Assembly: GCA_903813345.2 (NCBI GenBank)
Contig: CAIIXF020000001.1
Location: 10,230,001 to 10,294,000 of the forward strand
DNA: 64,000 nucleotides
Direction of reading: 5' to 3'
Origin: Owenia fusiformis
Taxonomy: Eukaryota
Shown one piece after another: positions 1 to 14,421 of this stretch. The position numbers were made by a program, and so were the translations under genes. A model generated the notes under the pieces. It was not told the DNA's origin, made no database searches, and was given only the letters and a program-made list of their open reading frames with translations. Position 1 is the stretch's first letter. Each line of letters begins with the position of its first letter.

Positions 1-987
1 GTACTTGAAATCACGGGATAATCATCAAAATAATCAAATTAATTGATCCGATATACTAGAGTGCTCAAGCAAAGTTCTATTTCCCTAAACTGACAGCCAA
101 GTTTATCAAAGCTGAAAACTAATTTACGTCCCTGGATATTTGCGTCAAGGGGCAATTCAGACAAACATTGAGCCACTAAGTCTCAATTCATGCTTGATTG
201 AGCAAAACAGGACCTCAATAAATTGCTGTTCAAGGGCTGGTCACCATGACAATATGAATAAGAAAATCATTTGAAAAGAACTCATCCCTTTTTATGTGGG
301 AGTTGAGATGGTTTCAACATTGATCTTCCAAGGCAATGAAATCTTTTAGATAATTAACGATCCAATTGAAATCCAGTATCTCATTTAGTCTCGGCTGATT
401 TCAGCCACGGGCTTAGCTAACATTTTACTGATGTGAGCAGGAATTCTACATTTAAAAATATAAAAATACAATTTAACGAGGAAGACACTTCGCCATCTCG
501 TTTATGTTAGCAATGTGATCAAAAATGTTTTTGACAAATCAGAGAAGATGATGCCATGATTCATATCAATCATAAATCAATAAAATTTTGAAGTGATACG
601 CTTCTAGGGTATGAGATTTATTTAAAAAGGTGCAGTGTCACCAGCATGCAAAAGTCAATCTTTTTGTTATAAATCAAGCAATGGGGGTCTACACAACCCA
701 AAAAACGTCCCCTCAACATTTTGTACAGGCAGTGTGCAGGCGTGATAACAATAAAATCTTAAATGTGATGTTTATAATCACAAAATATTTGACCAAAAAA
801 AATTCATGCAACTTTGTTCTACGTTATAGGTATATTACTCCCCCACTCTCTGACTATATCATCTTAATTATTTTTGACATACAATTTGCTATAATAGCGT
901 AACCTACAAGTATTTATTATAGGTTGTGTAGACCCTTGTTACTATGAGATATAACACTCTCTCCCCTGAGATTTCCCCATCACTTAC

Positions 988-1086
988 ATTTGTGAGTGTT
1001 TCTACTTCTCCAGGGAGTGTTTTTATTTCTGGAGCTGCTTTTATGCCCTTATTCAGCTCTTTAAAGTCTTCCTTCAGTTTGTTGTA
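988..1086 (-). CDS. EFCAB14: EFCAB14-like coding exon 4
   Basis: tgtttcag|TAC AAC ... ACA AAT|gtaagt; 99 nt; YNKLKEDFKELNKGIKAAPEIKTLPGEVETLTN. Confidence 0.85.
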
Positions 1087-4000
1087 CTGAAACAGAAATG
1101 AAAGAAAATCACTAAATTAAGCTTCCATGGTCATACTCATACTCCCTATATGAAGAGATTGCACCAATTCCGAATGGTAGTGGTAAAGACAAGCCACAAC
1201 GATTAAAAACCAAAATGTCGTATTTTTACATCACAATGTGATATTTATATCTGATTCTATGCTATTTTAGAAGTAGAATATATTAAATTATGCATACTGT
1301 GTGTTTTCAATGTAATCAAATGCATAGTAAAGATAAAACAGTTATATAAATATACAATTTGAATACATTGAAATAAATTACAATCTAATACAGTCAAAAT
1401 GTCTACAAATCCTGATCGACGACACATAAAAAGGTATATGAACATGGATATGTTTTACTTCTTCATACATGTGAAACATTGCAGTCTTTAAATCATATAT
1501 ATCCAATGCAAAATGCATGTTTATCAGCGATCAGAATTTCGATGATGTGAAATGATTATGTAATGTATGAAGAGAAATGGCTATAGGTATGCACTCAGCT
1601 ATGGTATATTACTGCAAAGCTGGTCTAGTCAGAAAAAGTCAACTTTACTCATTTTGGCTCTTCTTTACAACTTCCATTCAAAATTGGTGCAATCCTTTTC
1701 TATAGGTTGTCATATTAACTTTTGAAAATCCAGAAATCTTCCCTGAAATTTTCTTGATGTACAGAATCATACATAAAAGTGATGTCTACTGAAAAAACAA
1801 TCAAAATTCTAAACAGTTTACTTCAAATATACTAACCTGTTTTGTAAGAGAAGATATGTTAGCTGTCAGTTGGTCTAGACCATTCTTGCCTATTTTGTGC
1901 TCATCTATAGATTTGTCTATTTGTCTTAAGTGGGTCTGGATTTCAGCGAACTCATTTGGTACACTCTGGCTTCCAGTTTCAACTAAAAATATAAAACGAA
2001 ATTGAAAATTTAGTTGGATTAAAAAAAGGAAACAAAACTACATAGGCTAGTAGAATGGAGGTCTGAAAATTGTGATTAATATACACGAAGGGGAAAAGGA
2101 CAAATGAGGTATCATTGTAAAGCTAAAGACTTCAGCATTTCAAATCCACTTGTACCTAAGTTTGAATTTGGGGCAAAAATTGCAAAACACCCGTTTCCAT
2201 AGCAACCATTTAAAATATAATCAATAAATCAGAAATCACCTTTCAGATCATAGAACGCCTGTTATCTGTCCAATTCTAATGATACATATATCAAAATGAA
2301 GCTATTGACGCCCCCTTGTTTATAAACAAGAAAATATGCAAATTAGCTAATTTGCATATCTATTATGACGTCATAAGTAGATTCTTGAGCCGATTTGAGG
2401 TATTTTGGTGATATATTTGATATTATAATGAGACATTAGTTGTAATTGAAAATGTATTGGTAGACATAACTAAATTTCATCATTTGAGTTCGAAATAAAT
2501 TGGCTGCAAGCTTTGAAAAAAGCTAAAAACAGCCGTTTCCATGGCAACTTTAAAAATTTAATCATTTAATCAGAAATCATATTTTTGAACATAGTACACG
2601 TGTTCTTTGTCCGATTTTAATGATATATATACCAAAATGAAGCTATTGATGCCCCCTGTTCATAATTAACAAGATATGTCAATTTGCTCATTTGCATATT
2701 TATTGTGATGTCATAATTATATTTTTTTCAACCATTGTTTAGGTAATTTTGAGATGTTTTTGATATTAATGATAACATATTAGTTATAATTATCAATAAA
2801 CTGGTAGAATTACTACTATTTAAATATCATTATTGATGCTAGAAATAATTTGAGTATAAGCTTTTAAATATGTATGAGTCTACTTATAAATGGGTATGAA
2901 AAGTATCCTTCTTGGTGACTTGTCCAGAAAAAGCATTTCTAGGTTAAAGGAATTGAGGGCAGAATGCACTAAAACCAAAATGGATTCATTTACTGTGTGA
3001 AGTTAATATTTTTTAAATAATATCATATTGGTACTAGAACTATTATTTTATTCAAAATCCATTTTAGGATAAATCATATGTTTGTAAAGAATAAACAAAT
3101 TGTATTTTAGATATATACATACAATATTAATGTATTTCCATATTTCTGTTATATTAGCACTATTTACATAAGACATATAAGACATGTATGTTAATATGCA
3201 TAATAGTGATCTGCATATTAGTCCTGCAATATATTGCCATATTTTCAAGAATGATGGAACTTTTGGATGCATGCTATATTTGTAACTTTTCAGTATATTT
3301 AGGGTGTCCTAAATTCAAATCTGCCGGATGCAATTTGAGTACTTTGCGGCATTAATCTATACAGCCATTTCAATATGATTTTGATTTGATTTTTTCCCTT
3401 GTTTTCATCATATGTTGGCCACTTTTTGGCATCCGGTATAAAACCGCGCATTGTTTAAATATAGCAATAGGTGCACTTGTAAAGATTGGATTATAACTAA
3501 AACTTACAAATATCATTAATGGAATATGAACAGCAGATTAATACCACAGGTAACATATTTGGTCTATACGAAATGACATTACTCCATATTATAGATGTAG
3601 TATGGTACCTACCCCATTCTTCTAAAATAGTGATTTTCAAGAAAAATACACATATAATGATAGATAATACCTTTTATCATATTGGTTGGTGTTTATAGTG
3701 CTCACATGTAATATTTAATGTGTAATGATCAATATCCTAGATGCTAGTAGAAATAATCTTGATTTACGTTATTAAAAATTTATTCAAACTGATGTCATAT
3801 TTGGAATCTACATGTAAAATTACATCTAGAAATGTGGTTTTGAAAAGAGTTTATCAACTTTGAAAATTTAATTTTCTTTGAAAATGTGACTTCTAGGTCG
3901 GGGAGATCCCCCATAGACCCCATGTTGTAAAACCACAAAAAGTGAAATATCTTTTCTTGTGTTGGGTAGATGATATTTTCTTTTACTGGACATATTTTAA

Positions 4001-7000
4001 TTTATATAACTATCACATACATAAGAGTAATATGTAAAGTGAACCACTAAAACTGATGAATATTCAGGTTTAAGGGGATTTTATAATACCCTGCCATGTT
4101 ATTTCCCCCGAATCAGCCACCTGGTGACGAAACTGGTAACTACCTACTCGCATCTAAGTAATTAGCATCCATAGTTATCATGATTTGTCTAAATATAATT
4201 ACATTTGGTCAAATTTATGCGGTACCTGCCCTATTTTTGAAGTAAAATAACTATACAAATAAGATTCAATATTCTCTTTTCCAAGGACTAAATGTATTTA
4301 TAGTGACTGGATTATTACTAAAACTTCCAAGTATAATAAATGAAGTGCAAACAGCAGATAAATACCATATAGGTTCATATAGTCTCTCCAAAATGATATT
4401 ACTTCATAAAACAGATAAAGTATGGTATCCCTACCCCATTTTTATAAAATATTGATTTTCAAGAAAAATACAAATGTATAACACCCTTGTTTCCCAATTC
4501 ATTCTCTAGAAGCCCCTAGTAGACCCCTAGTTATCTAATTGGTTCTCTTGTTGCCCCTAATAGCACCCTAACTACCCCAATTGGTTCTCTAGTTGTCCCC
4601 GGTATTTCTCTAGTTAACCCCAATTAGTTCTCAAGTAGCCCCTAGTAGACCCCTAGTTATCAAATTGGTTCTCTTGTTGCCCCTTATAGCATTTTAACTA
4701 CCCCAACTGGTTCTCTAGTTGCCCCTGGTATTGTTCTAGTTACCCCAATTGGTTTTCTAGTAGCCCCTATTGGCACCCTAGTTACCCCAACTGGTTCTCT
4801 AGTTGCTCCCGGTATTGTTCTAGTTATCCCAATTGGTTTTCTAGTAGCCCCTATTGGCACCCTAGTTACCCCAATTGGTTCTCTATAATAGCCCAAGTAG
4901 CACCCTAGGTGCCCCAATTGGTTCTCTAGTAGCCTCTAGTAGCACCCTAGTTACCCAAATTGGTTCTCTAGTAGCATCCTAGTTGCCCCCATTGGTTCTC
5001 TAGTAACACCCTTGTTCCCAATTCCTTCTCTAGTTGTCCCTAGTAGACCCCTGGTTATCCAATTGGTTCTCTTGTTCCCCCTAATAGCACCCTAACTACC
5101 CCAAATGGTTCTCTAGTTGCCCCCGGTATTGCTAGTTACACCAATTGGTTCTCTAGTAGCCTCTAATAGCACCCTAGTTACCCCAATTGGTTCTCTAGTA
5201 GTCCACAATAGCACCATAGTTACCCCAATTGGTTCTCTAGTGGCACCCTAGTTACTTCAATTGGTTCTCTAGTAGCACCCTAACTACCTCAATTTGTTCT
5301 CTAGTAGCCTCTAGTAGCACCCTAGTTACCCCAATTGGTTCTCTAGTAGGCCCCAATAGCACCCTAGTTACCCAAATTGGTTCTCTAGAAGCACCCTAGT
5401 TGCCCCAATTGGTTCTCTTGTAGCCTCTAGTATCACCCTACTAACAGTAAAACCTGTATCTGAACACCTGGGTAATCTGAACATGTCATAATCTAAACAC
5501 TTTTTGGTACCGTTTTTTTTGAACACCTCCCCATTTGATCAGTGAACAATCATATTTGAACTTACATGAACAATTTCCATAAAATATCACATGATCGCTC
5601 AAATCTACAAATCACCATTTTTCATGATATCTAAACTCATTGAAAATATATGTGTCTTCCAAATTATTCAAATCATTGAAATGCCATTATGAAATGTATT
5701 TATTGAAAATATGCCCCCGTTTCTTGAGAATTCAAAATCTCACAAATACTAAAGATCTCAAAATGTAAACACCTCCTAATTTAAATTATTTCAGCTGGTC
5801 CCAATAGTGTTCCGATTAGACAGAATTTACAGTTATTATAAAATGACGCTTTTTCTACGAGTATGAGCTTGGAGAGACATATATGACTTGCGACATTTTC
5901 CCTAATCCCATCAAATCAAATATTCCACATAATATTACAACCAAGATTAGATATTACCAGTCATTGGCCTATTCTGAATAGAGAGACAATTGCATTACTA
6001 TGAGTCAGCTAATTCAGAAGAAGAAGCTATGCATCATTTATATATAAATTACATTTCATGTTCCTTATACAACGCCTATGGGAAATTTGATAATACATAT
6101 ATCTCTATGCTATAATTCTACCAATAGATGACGGCAATAAACCGGACTCCCCAGGGTATACAAGTATTGTTCCCCTGATCAATATTAACAGGGCTCAACC
6201 TTAAAAACATCACTTCGGTATAACATTCCTTTGATAGAAAGTATTTGTCATAAACTGTATTGATCTTATCCATCAATAATGCCTACCAGTATAATTCTTT
6301 TTTTGATACCAGTATACATTTAGTTTCTTTTAATATTGCAAGGCCTGGTTTACACTGACTGTTCTTTTTTTATCCCTGTGTATTTCCAATATGAGAAAAG
6401 ACCTCCTGTCTTTTGCCGGTTTTGATAGGAATTTCAGATTAGACTTCACAGAACTTTTGCCAGTCTTGATCGCTCTTGGCAGTTTTTTTTATAAAAATCT
6501 GATTATATCCCGTTGAGACCCCCCAAGTCCGATTCAATGGAGTCTGGAATGAAAAGACTGCCAGACTTATTGTAGAATGAGCAGTTCTATTCTTTCACTG
6601 GTCTCCATCAGACATTTTTGTTAAAGCCTGATCATGTGATATAACCATGGCAACAGAGGCTTTTATGCACGCTGTCAAAGGACCCCATAGCACTTTATCA
6701 GACTCCACAGAGCTCCACCTGACTGGGCATGGCTCCATCAGACTCAATGGGACTCTATCGGACTTAGAGGAGGACATATTGGGCCATCATGCAAGATACT
6801 TTTCAGTTTTCACATTTCTCTTGAGAAATCAAAAGGTCCACTGAAAAAGACCTGTCAATGTAAATGGGGCTTAGGGGCTTAACTTGATTAATTGACATGA
6901 AAAAAACTAACAGTATATAACCTAAAATGATTCCCATTGTCATGGTAACACAGGCAACATACTGTTCATTCATATTTGGTATGAGTTACTTGAATTACTC

Positions 7001-9117
7001 AGATGTGAGTAGGTAGTTACCAGTTTCGCCACCAGGTGACTGATTCGGGGGAATTAACATGGCAGGGTGTTACAAAATTCCCTTAAACTTGAATATGCAT
7101 CAGTTTTATTGGTTCACTTTTCATATTACCCTTTTGTATCTGATATTTATACAAATCAAAATATGTCCAGTAAAAGAAAATATTATCTGCCCAACACAAG
7201 AAAAGATATTTCACTTTTTGTGGTTTTACAACATGAGGTCTATGGGAAATCTCCCCGACCTAGAAGTCAAAGAAAATTAAATTTTCAAAGTTCGATAAAC
7301 TCTTTTCAAAACCACATTGAATTATGAATTTTGAATGACGTAAATCAAGATTATTTCTACTCACATCTGGGATATTGAATAAAGGTGTCAAAATATATCA
7401 TTTTGTTTTCTGTAATTTGATATACCATTCAACATATCCAAGCTTTAAAGTTATTTTATTAATATTATACACAGATGTTAATAATAATATGAATGTTTCA
7501 ACTATATTTTATTGGGGCCTTTCAAAGTACCATATGCATTATTATATATTGCCTCAATACTTACCACATAAAAAAAATCAAATTCTATATTCATTGAAAC
7601 ACACTTCTACATTATTAAAAATAAAGAAAACACACAGTTTAAATCTAAACAAGGCACTAACATGCAAAATGTCACCACCTGCCATTTGTTACAGATGCCA
7701 AATGCCAATCACTAATCGCTTTCACAAGAATATATTGCCACTTTTGGTGGTGACATATAACTAAGGGGAGGCATCAAAAGTTTGATGTCGGATCGCAAAC
7801 TAAATAAATCTAGTTTTGACTCTGACCCCCCCTTCCCCCAAAAACTAAATACCCGAAAGTTGATCGCTGACTTCTGGTTTTAGAATTTGAAAAATTACTG
7901 CTAAACACGATCTAGTTTTTGTTAATTCCTATCATAATTTGCGGCTTTTAACAACTATTGATAGAATAGAATCCATTGGAATGACCTTGACGAAGAAAGC
8001 ACCAGGTAAAACCTTTATTTTTAAACCATTCCAAGGTATTCTGAGTCAAAATTGCCAAAAATTTGAAATGTTGAAATTTGTCGGATAGCAAACTGAAATG
8101 GGGTTGAACTCCCTCCCCCCACATTGAACTTTTGATGCCTTCCCTAAAGATCTTTGCCTCATGATAACATAAATCATTAACTCATACACAAGCCTTGGGT
8201 AAAACCGCTGCATTCACCTTGTAATAATCTGGTCCTAAGGGTGGATAGTTCCTGTTTTAGTTCCATATGCATCCATATAATGGCGCCACACAGGCATACA
8301 CAGGCTGTCATGATGATAAATACAAATACTTGCAGGCATAATGTACATAGTTTTGATATCCCCTGTCTGAAATATCGAATCGGGTACTTTAGAATTGCAC
8401 GGCAGACTGTTATAGTAATGGATGAATCGTGTAAGCCAAAAAACCATAATGATTACGAAATCAATTGAGAAAGAAAAGATCTGGATGATAATTGCATATA
8501 AAAGAACTAGAACAGAATAGTGTTCACAAGGTGAACTGTTACCATGTTTTGGTTTCAAAATTGTCAATTTCTTAAACACCAAGAGGAAAACCAATTACCC
8601 TGTAAGATCACTAAGTAAAAATAAGGAGAGTTCAATGATAACTAATTGTGACAGATGTCTGAAGTAATATTGATCTTTTTGTTTCACGACAAATTCATAT
8701 AACCTGAAACCATGAGCTTAATTTACATTTAGAGATGGTACAAATATTATGGCATGCCTTGATTTGATTTTTAACGAAATAGACCAAAAATATTTCAAGT
8801 AAAAATTTATATAACAGGAACTACCAAATAAGGAAAAGTCAAATGTTTATATCACATAAATCTCACTTTCTACTAATAACAGTCTGTTGTGCTGGGGCAC
8901 AGAACTCTTCTACATCAGTAGAGGCCGTCTCGTCACTCTGAAGCAATTCATGTTCCCCATTCTTAACCCTACGGCTCCTAGACCCACTCCTGGATCTCCG
9001 TGGATCCACAATTTTTCCATTCATGGAGTGATTCAATAGTGCATCCAACTCTCTCCTTTTCTTCATCCTTTTCGGTGGTTGATATTCTGCATTGACAATC
9101 TTCTCCACCTTCAACAT
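988..9117 (-). CDS. EFCAB14: EF-hand calcium-binding domain-containing protein 14-like, 5' part (exons 8867-9117, 8218-8366, 1837-1982, 988-1086); the gene continues beyond the left edge of the window
   Basis: Four GT-AG exons join in frame (phases 2,1,0,0). The spliced protein has MKKRRELDALL...HELLQSDETASTDVEEF, a Cys-flanked TM segment (LCTLCLQVFVFIIMTACVCLCGAIIWMHMELKQEL) and a coiled coil (LNKGIKAAPEIKTLPGEVETL). These match remembered EFCAB14/KIAA0494 motifs (MKKRKELNAL; CVGLVWMQVALKEDL; LKANVKSAADLISLP). Confidence 0.85.
1837..1982 (-). CDS. EFCAB14: EFCAB14-like coding exon 3
   Basis: tttttag|TT GAA ACT ... AAA CAG|gttagt; 146 nt; ETGSQSVPNEFAEIQTHLRQIDKSIDEHKIGKNGLDQLTANISSLTKQ. Confidence 0.85.
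2185..2830. repeat. Degenerate direct duplication, unit about 340 bp
   Basis: ccgtttccat(a/g)gcaac...aatcagaaatca...aaaatgaagctattga(c/t)gcccc recurs at about 2191 and 2533. Confidence 0.7.
3739..4155 (+). mobile_element. MITE with terminal inverted repeat AGATGCGAGTAG (family copy 1)
   Basis: agatgctagtag...ctactcgcatct; homologous copies at 7001-7368 (inverted) and 55294-55614. Confidence 0.75.
4480..5440. repeat. Minisatellite, unit about 30-42 bp (ctagtagcaccctagttaccccaattggttct)
   Basis: More than 20 degenerate tandem copies; explains the repetitive ORF 4684-4917. Confidence 0.95.
5445..5832. mobile_element. Degenerate Tc1/mariner(pogo)-type MITE
   Basis: Imperfect termini cagtaaaacctgtatctgaacac ... 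gtgttccgattagacagaatttacag. Confidence 0.4.
6341..6872. mobile_element. Degenerate MITE, Harbinger-like termini
   Basis: aggcctggtttacactgac ... gtcaatgtaaatggggctt imperfect TIRs. Confidence 0.45.
7001..7368 (-). mobile_element. MITE, AGATGCGAGTAG family copy 2 (inverted relative to 3739-4155)
   Basis: agatgtgagtag...ctactcacatct; body is the reverse complement of about 3830-4155. Confidence 0.75.
7765..8144. mobile_element. PIF/Harbinger (Tourist-type) MITE
   Basis: 18-bp TIR GGG(G/A)AGGCATCAAAAGTT flanked by a TAA target duplication (7762-7764, 8145-8147). Confidence 0.8.
8218..8366 (-). CDS. EFCAB14: EFCAB14-like coding exon 2 (transmembrane segment)
   Basis: tttcag|A CAG GGG ... TTA CAA G|gtgaat; 149 nt; QGISKLCTLCLQVFVFIIMTACVCLCGAIIWMHMELKQELSTLRTRLLQ. 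Confidence 0.85.
8867..9117 (-). CDS. EFCAB14: EFCAB14-like coding exon 1
   Basis: ATG at 9117, second in-frame ATG (MKKRRE) at 9066; donor AA|gtgaga, phase 2. Confidence 0.85.
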
Positions 9118-9416
9118 GTCTCTACAGCTTTTATGCTTCCCTAGATCATTGAGATTGATTGATACCTAGCTCCCTGTATTAGAACTCAGGGGAAATATTG
9201 GACAATTTTCTCATTATCTATCTTTCCTCCATGTTTAATATCACTGCACAGCTGTATGTAAGCAGCCTCATGATTGGCTGGAGATTATTGACATTTGGCT
9301 CCCGTTCAATCTCTGTTTATAATTAGTATTGATAAACGCACTATACATTTACAATATCCTTTGAGTTTGTTTGCTTGTAAGTATCACTATCAATATGCAT
9401 ATAACTGAACCATTAA

Positions 9417-9800
9417 AGGCAGAATCAGATCTATAGGGGGCGACAAAATTACAAGCAACTTGTATAATTGACCTACCAATCTATTCCTTACAATATCAAA
9501 TACAATATCTCCCAAAAGAATCACAATATGTCATTAATTGGTGAAGATATTCATGATTCAAAGTGCAAAAATGGGTGAAAAATGTTTAAATTCTCCCAAA
9601 TAATAAGAATGGTTACCATTCTTATAGAAAAATAATACATAATTGTAAGAATCTTTAGTTTTTCTTGAATAAAGTATGCACTTTGGTGATTTTTAGAAAA
9701 TAGATATGACAAGGAATGACATGAGCCAAAAATATTCTAAAATTGAAACAATTTTTTGTTTTGTTTTTGTTTTGCCTGCTCACTATATCTGATTCTCTCT
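9417..9800. mobile_element. Kolobok-type non-autonomous element
   Basis: TTAA|aggcagaatcagatctatag ... ctatatctgattctctct|TTAA; AG..CT termini with TTAA duplication. Confidence 0.7.
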
Positions 9801-11639
9801 TTAAATATACTACTGTATACTTTTAACCCTATTATTAGGGTCAAGGGCTAAATCTAATTGAATATATAACACACATTGCTCACGATAAATAAATGACACC
9901 TGGATTTGCTGAAGTGGGGATTAAAAAGGAGAGAATTTTCAAGAAAATCAAGATGCCTTTATTTTTGGTGAGCAATAGGCCAAACTGCCCTAATTCACGT
10001 CACCATACTAGTCAATGGGCAAAAGGGCAAACGCCTGACTTTTTGTCTCGAGTTTTTGTCGGATTTATGTGGCCTCACTGGCCTATCTGAGGTACTAAAC
10101 CTATGTCTAAGCTACATTTTGACACTAAACTCAATAGGGGCCAAACATCTATTTTTTGAAATAATTGGTCAATTGTGACACTACCCCCTCTCTCTGCAGA
10201 CAGAAATTGAAATTCACAAAAATGATGGCAAAATTAATACGCCACTTGACTCGAAATGTTCCTTCAGATAACCCAAATAAACGCATTTTCAGAAGAAATG
10301 GCATGTTATCATTGCAAAGAGATGACAACTGTACCTACATACTAGCTTACTGACTCGTCATGATCACAATTGTGTTGGGACTACATTTATTTTTGAAAAC
10401 TACTTTTTTCTATTCAGCGGAAGTGACGTATTAGGACATTTTGGCCAATGTACCAGCTATTCCTGAATTTTTTCATACACTGTACATGCATATTGATATA
10501 ATGTAACTTTATCATCATGATAAACCATGACATCTCATTTCTTCTCAGCCCTGAGATGTTTCAGGTGAAACAGAAAGATGCTATGAGTATCAGAATGTAA
10601 CTTTATGTTCAATCACTATGATTGCTTATATAGAAGGGCAGATCAAAGTACTAGAATCGCTGTTAATTCTTAGTGGTAAAGAACTATCTCTCGGGCAAAA
10701 TTCAGTCAAAACCATCAAAGTTTGCAGCAATTTAATATCCTTCTAGAATGTGTGCAGTTCGGGATTATTTTTGCTTAATTATTCACTAATTGCTGTATAT
10801 GTGTCAAAAGGTGTAATTATCCTAAATAACCCCAAAATAGTTTCAATACATCATGATATTTAATGCAGACAATCAACTCCTGACTGGATAAAATCACACT
10901 TTCTGTAAAAGGTGAAACTTGAAAAAATATTCATGTAAAAACTGAATTAGTGGTTTTGAAAATTGAAAATTTTAAGTATTTTTTTAATTTGGAACATTTA
11001 GAACTGCTAACAAGGTAAGAACTTTTTTCAGGTTTTTAAGCTTCATGTCAAAGTCTATTGATTGTGTAAATTAAAGAGGGATGTTGCGATAGGAAAACAC
11101 AATCAAGACCTCCTTGGACTTTTTGCATGTTGAGCCGTATCACATATTCACCTATCTACTTAACAACGAAGAAGCCCCATATCTGCCGCTTTATATCCTT
11201 TTTTGCGATTGTACCGACTGGTCGAATTATTTTCGTTAAAATTAATTATCTGAAACTTGAATAAAGCTGGGAAATCCATTTGTTATCTGATTGTTCGTTA
11301 AAGGATTGATATCGATATGGAGAACTGAATTCAACAATGTTTTTCTCTTAAACCAATCATTGAAAACATTCTGTAAAAAAATGCGGTATTTTATGTAATG
11401 TTGACTGATTGACAACAATTTAATGCAAAAATTATTTAGAAATATTTTATATAACTGCTTTTGCTAACACTTTTTGTTTTTTTTAAATTCAAATTTCCTT
11501 TGTACAATTACAATATTGAGAGACCTAAACATGTTGTGTTTATGTCGTTTTGTTCTAATGAGGTTCAGAAAGATGTTTCATTTCACTCTGGAAACATGAT
11601 ACCAGGAACAAAACAAGTGTTTGATGTGTTTTCTAAAAC

Positions 11640-13150
11640 AATATAGATGAAAGTATTCACCTTTCCCCAAAGTCCAAAGTGTACTCATTTGACCGCTGCG
11701 CTGATTGGTCGATGAAAATCAATGACATCAAAGCAGGGCACATTTCGCGCCAAAACTTCAATTACTATTAGATCGCCTAATGAGTGAAATAGATCTCATT
11801 ATAAAATGATAACAAAACTAAGTAAAATATATTTTTCTGACTATTTTGCCTTAATCTGTGTCTTAAATACACCATCCGGTAAATCAATCCATAGAAATAA
11901 TTGTCATATGAGTGCTAGTCTTTTAACAAATTGAATCCAATTACGCAAACCAAAGACTGACAATCATTCAAACTGAGACTGTATGAATTAGGAATATTAC
12001 ATTTATCATGATTATTCAATTGCAAATAGTCCATTGTGTTTCTTATAAAAAATATCTGAAGAACAGTTTTTAATGTTTAATGTTGCATTTTTCTCATCGG
12101 ATTGCTCAATTAACTTTCGATTGCTGGTCATGTATTTTTTGCAATTTACATATTGAAGTAACTAATATTCATCATGCTGTATTAGTTTGCATTTTAATTG
12201 CAATTCTAAGCTTAATTATACAGACCCAATACAAAGCCGGGGGTGAGCGGATGGAGCGGCCCCTCCCCCCCCGGCCAGAAATTCCTTCAAAATCATGCAG
12301 TTTTTCACCATTCTGAGCACTTTTCGCATGTTTTTTGCCAAAACTGTCAAAAAGCTCCCCGTCTTGGCAAAAGCGCCCATTGGTAAAACCACTCCCCCAG
12401 GTAAAAGTTTCTCTTTTGTAGGTCTACGTCCAAAATATCCTGAAAGTTCTCTAAAAAGTTCGATATTTAAACTGAAGAACGCCCATGGGCTTTTCAAGAG
12501 ATAAATCTCTTCAAATAGACGATCATGGGTAAAACAAGCAACTCTGGTACATGAAAGGCCTTAACATTGTTCAATGAAATTAGTCATCACTCATGTAACC
12601 ATTGTCAAATATTCTTCGGCAGACATAAAAGTAACATTGTCATGTGGTATAATAGGTGGCTGAACGTAAGAGAAAGTAACGCACCATTGGCCCAGATTTG
12701 AGAGTCGAATACTTTTTCTTCAAGGTTAGCCCGTACCCTCTTATTCACCCCATGAGAAAATATAACACGAACTAAGATTACCATGAGATGTTGACACTTT
12801 TGACAGTCAAGAATTAAACATGTAGGGGTTTTGTACAGTCAGCGTAATTTGAAAATGTACAGGAAACATTGGACTCTTCACATCAATATTTCTCTATTCA
12901 TTTGATTCCCCAGAATACTATAAAGAAGGGGGAATATAGATGTGAGTATAATTAATCAAATTCCATTATATTTATCATAAATATTATTACTAGTCAACAT
13001 AATTTGCCAATAAAATTAACCCGTATCCGTCACGATTCATATTGACTTCTAATGTGTTCAGATTTTGCCGCGAAAATCTGCCCTACTCTGATTTCAGATT
13101 TGCTAATTATAATATTCATGAGCTGACTTTGGGGAAAAGTGAATATATTT
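11640..13150. mobile_element. Old element with long degenerate inverted arms
   Basis: tattcacctttccccaaagtc (about 11655) vs gactttggggaaaagtgaata (about 13126); agggcacatttcgcgccaaaa vs ttttgccgcgaaaatctgccct; ends uncertain. Confidence 0.45.
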
Positions 13151-14421
13151 ATTTTTCACTTATATTGTTACCATTCAAAAGATGACCATTAAATTGACGA
13201 TGTGTTAAATTTTTAGATTTTTTTATGACTGGTTTAAGAGAAACGTGTGTTCAAAAAGTTCTCCATAACGATACCACTCCTTTGTTTATTAGTTTGGTTA
13301 CGTGGCCAAAGCAGGCCTGTCAACTGTCGTCTGAAAAAATTAAAGTTACCTCATGCCAGTTTTTTGCTTGACAGAATAACTAACAGTGATGTGATTTCCC
13401 ATCACAAACCAAAATATGTCACACAAATACGCATTTTTTCTGATTATTGTCAAGCAAAAATATTTCTGGAGAAGAACGTAAAAAAAATGAATACCAAAAC
13501 ATCAAAAAAACAAATGGCGAAAATATTTGAGGCATATTAAGGATGAAAATTACAATGACTACAGGCTCTTAAATCAATCAAAATCAATACAATTTACCAA
13601 ATAAATTATATTTATGGTAATCTATTTGATTACATACAAATTCTTGAAGTACATGTTGCTTTGTGAAAATCTTTAACTTTTTCCAAATTCTTTTTAAGTT
13701 TTCTGTTAATTCCATATACTATAGATACTATGTGACAATACAGGGTGCTCCAAAAACTCAACTCCTACTGCCCTTTCATTAATACTGCACTGATCATATT
13801 CAATTTTTACAGCATTTACTTCCATGTACATGTATTAAGAATAGGAATGCAAAGTTTACAAAATATTCACAAAAAGTTGTTGAACATACAGAGCGGAGTT
13901 GAGAGTCGTTTCAGATAATGTATGTTCCATCAATTTGATATAAAAAAAACCGAAGAACATCCAATATCACAAGGAGAGCTACATTAAAAAGCACCAGAGT
14001 ATCATACTCTAAAATATACCATTACTTTCTTTTTTAAATTTTAAATGGCATAATATAGTGACATGATAAAGTATTTTAGATATGTTTTCAGCATAACTCT
14101 GAAGATCTAGATCTAATGGGTATTTGGGTCTTAAATTAAAAATAAAATAGTGCTTAAATTTTTTGCCTATAAGGGAGCAGTTTCAAACATGTAGTACAAA
14201 GAGATTCCTAATATATATTTTACAACAACACAAAAATAGAGATAATGTAGATATTAGTATACCCTGACACTCACACACCACTAGGCTATATATAGTTCGA
14301 AACTGCAAAACTGGAATGCGAAATGTGCACAAATAAAAATAAATAAAAAAAGATGGAGGATTTCCCATAAAACCTATTGACTGACTTAATACAGGATCTA
14401 TAATACAAAAGAAGTTCTTAC

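Noticed and set aside
4684-4917. Repetitive 77-aa ORF
   Set aside because: It is a translation of the minisatellite, with no splice or domain support.
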